DNA of 64,000 nucleotides from a virus (Duplodnaviria; Caudoviricetes): IMG/VR virus record IMGVR_UViG_3300031998_000072, positions 3,428 to 67,427 of that record; one strand, 5' to 3'. Shown piece by piece: positions 62,683 to 64,000 of this stretch (position 1 is its first letter; each line of letters starts with the position of its first letter). The notes under the pieces were generated by a model. It saw only the letters and a program-made list of their open reading frames with translations, ran no database searches and was not told where the DNA came from. The position numbers and the translations under genes were made by a program.

Positions 62683-64000
62683 TTATGATTCTATTAATTC
62701 CCAACTTAATACTGGAACACCTCCTGATATTGACACATTTAATCTATAATTACCGTCAGTATTAGGATATGCAGGTAATTCATTGGAATATGCAGTTAAT
62801 TTCATTTGTCCATTTTCTTGCTTAACAACATAAGTGCCATCACCACTATCTGAAATATCAGGCAAATTATCTAACTTTGTCTTGTCTGAATTATCAACGT
62901 ATATTGTTTCGTGTCCAACTGGCATTTCAACCGTTCTTCCGTCAACAAACTGTTCCGTTCCGTTTCCGTCAACTATCATAGGGTTAGTGAAGTCCGAGCA
63001 AGTATCACCAAAGTAGTAAAGGTTGTTATCACTATCCAACTTCAAAACACCCCTTAATTCAGGGTTAGAAACAGTTTCGTCAAATGGTGTGTCGATTTCA
63101 AAACAAAGGTATTTGCCACTCATAGCGGAAATAAAAGTCGGTGCATCTGTGTATGACCTATCGTCAATAACAATAGTTCCGTCATTTGCATTATTCTGTG
63201 ACCAAATACATTTATCTTCTATTTGTGCAAGTGTTTGCGGTGCAATGGTTTTATAGTTTGGTGTTATCAGGTTTATGGTGTCTTTTTTGATAACTCCACT
63301 ACCAAATGAGTAGTAGAAAACCCCGTTGTAATAATTCCACTCCAAACTTCCCAAGTCCACAATGTCAAAAACCCTATGCACCTTTCTACTTCCTGACAAA
63401 TCGTATTCGTGCTTGGAATAAGGCTCGTATGCCGTTGCCGTAGAGCCAAATTCAGCCATAGGGTTTGTGTAGGTTGTTTCCGTATTTGCTGTGTTTGGTC
63501 TGAAAACAACCATAATAAACGCACAATTAGCGGGTGTCGTAAAAGCAAAACTTTGAGTAAATGAGATAAACACACCGCCCGAAGTAAAGAAAGTAAAGCC
63601 AATGTCAGCCGAAACATTTTCAAGGTATGAAAAAGAATACTGTGTATTTTCAAATGCGGGTATATCAAGTCCAATTCCATAACCAGCCGAACTTACTGTT
63701 ACTTTCAACTGATTTTCGGTAATGGAATAGTCTGTAATTATTCCATTATTGAAGTAATTGTTCATTGTTATACCAACATAAGCCTTGTTGCCGTTTATCG
63801 TTCTTGGCGTGGTATTGTCAAAGTCAGCGGTTGTTACAATATCTCTACCGCTTAACTTCAACAGATTTTTGCCCGTAGTTATCTTCTTGCTCGTCTTAAC
63901 GCTCAAAAGTCCGCCCGCATTGTACGGGCAATAATCAGCCGTGAAAAAGCCGTTGTTTTTAAGCCAAGTTATGCCCGCCCCCGCCGTTCCGCTTTCAAGG
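62683..64000 (-). CDS. tail fibre / carbohydrate-binding-like protein, 5' end beyond window
   Basis: Frame stays open upstream of 63906 to the window edge; GKNLL...; E.G..AT.YEPY repeats typical of fibre proteins. Confidence 0.6.
   Translation of the reverse strand, partial: LESGTAGAGITWLKNNGFFTADYCPYNAGGLLSVKTSKKITTGKNLLKLSGRDIVTTADFDNTTPRTINGNKAYVGITMNNYFNNGIITDYSITENQLKVTVSSAGYGIGLDIPAFENTQYSFSYLENVSADIGFTFFTSGGVFISFTQSFAFTTPANCAFIMVVFRPNTANTETTYTNPMAEFGSTATAYEPYSKHEYDLSGSRKVHRVFDIVDLGSLEWNYYNGVFYYSFGSGVIKKDTINLITPNYKTIAPQTLAQIEDKCIWSQNNANDGTIVIDDRSYTDAPTFISAMSGKYLCFEIDTPFDETVSNPELRGVLKLDSDNNLYYFGDTCSDFTNPMIVDGNGTEQFVDGRTVEMPVGHETIYVDNSDKTKLDNLPDISDSGDGTYVVKQENGQMKLTAYSNELPAYPNTDGNYRLNVSISGGVPVLSWELIES

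Noticed and set aside
2584-63016. All plus-strand ORFs and same-strand alternative-frame ORFs in the track
   Set aside because: They overlap well-supported minus-strand genes, lack RBSs and read as antisense or frame shadows.
1-64000. Stop-codon reassignment, or a firm lytic/temperate call
   Set aside because: Long genes are intact under code 11 and there is no suppressor tRNA. No integrase or repressor is visible, but both window ends cut genes, so lifestyle cannot be settled.

Overview
This window is most of the genome of a tailed dsDNA phage (siphovirus-type, HK97-like head). All credible genes lie on the minus strand, and AGGAGG ribosome-binding sites plus CHAP and SleB-type hydrolases suggest a Bacillota (Clostridia-like, gut/rumen) host. 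The gene set resembles the ReqiPepy6-like / actinophage AM-AU-BI-DJ lineage: protease-capsid fusion, primase-helicase-PolB fusion, VRR-NUC, SNF2 helicase and HYG...KWG-tagged proteins. Layout along the coordinates: lysis and tail genes (1-18.4 kb), head and packaging (18.5-27.2 kb), a tRNA-shaped RNA and a six-gene unknown module (27.3-30.3 kb), a non-coding probable genome-end region (30.3-30.95 kb), RNA polymerase and replication genes (31-41 kb), many small early ORFs plus tRNA-Gln (41-58.9 kb), then HNH, connector, lysis and a fibre gene (59-64 kb). No integrase, repressor, CRISPR array or reverse transcriptase was seen. The main candidate for an undescribed system has three parts: (1) a 1010-aa single-chain two-barrel (YonO-like, DFDGD) RNA polymerase; (2) four proteins, including that polymerase and a papain-fold toxin with an adjacent immunity-like gene, that share an N-terminal HYG/HWG tag, with the toxin and polymerase also sharing a near-identical C-terminal HTH; (3) twelve non-canonical TTCGCA-N14-TATAAT promoters, plus a phage protein carrying an RNAP alpha-CTD-like domain. 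All protein-family assignments are motif recognition by eye, not database searches.
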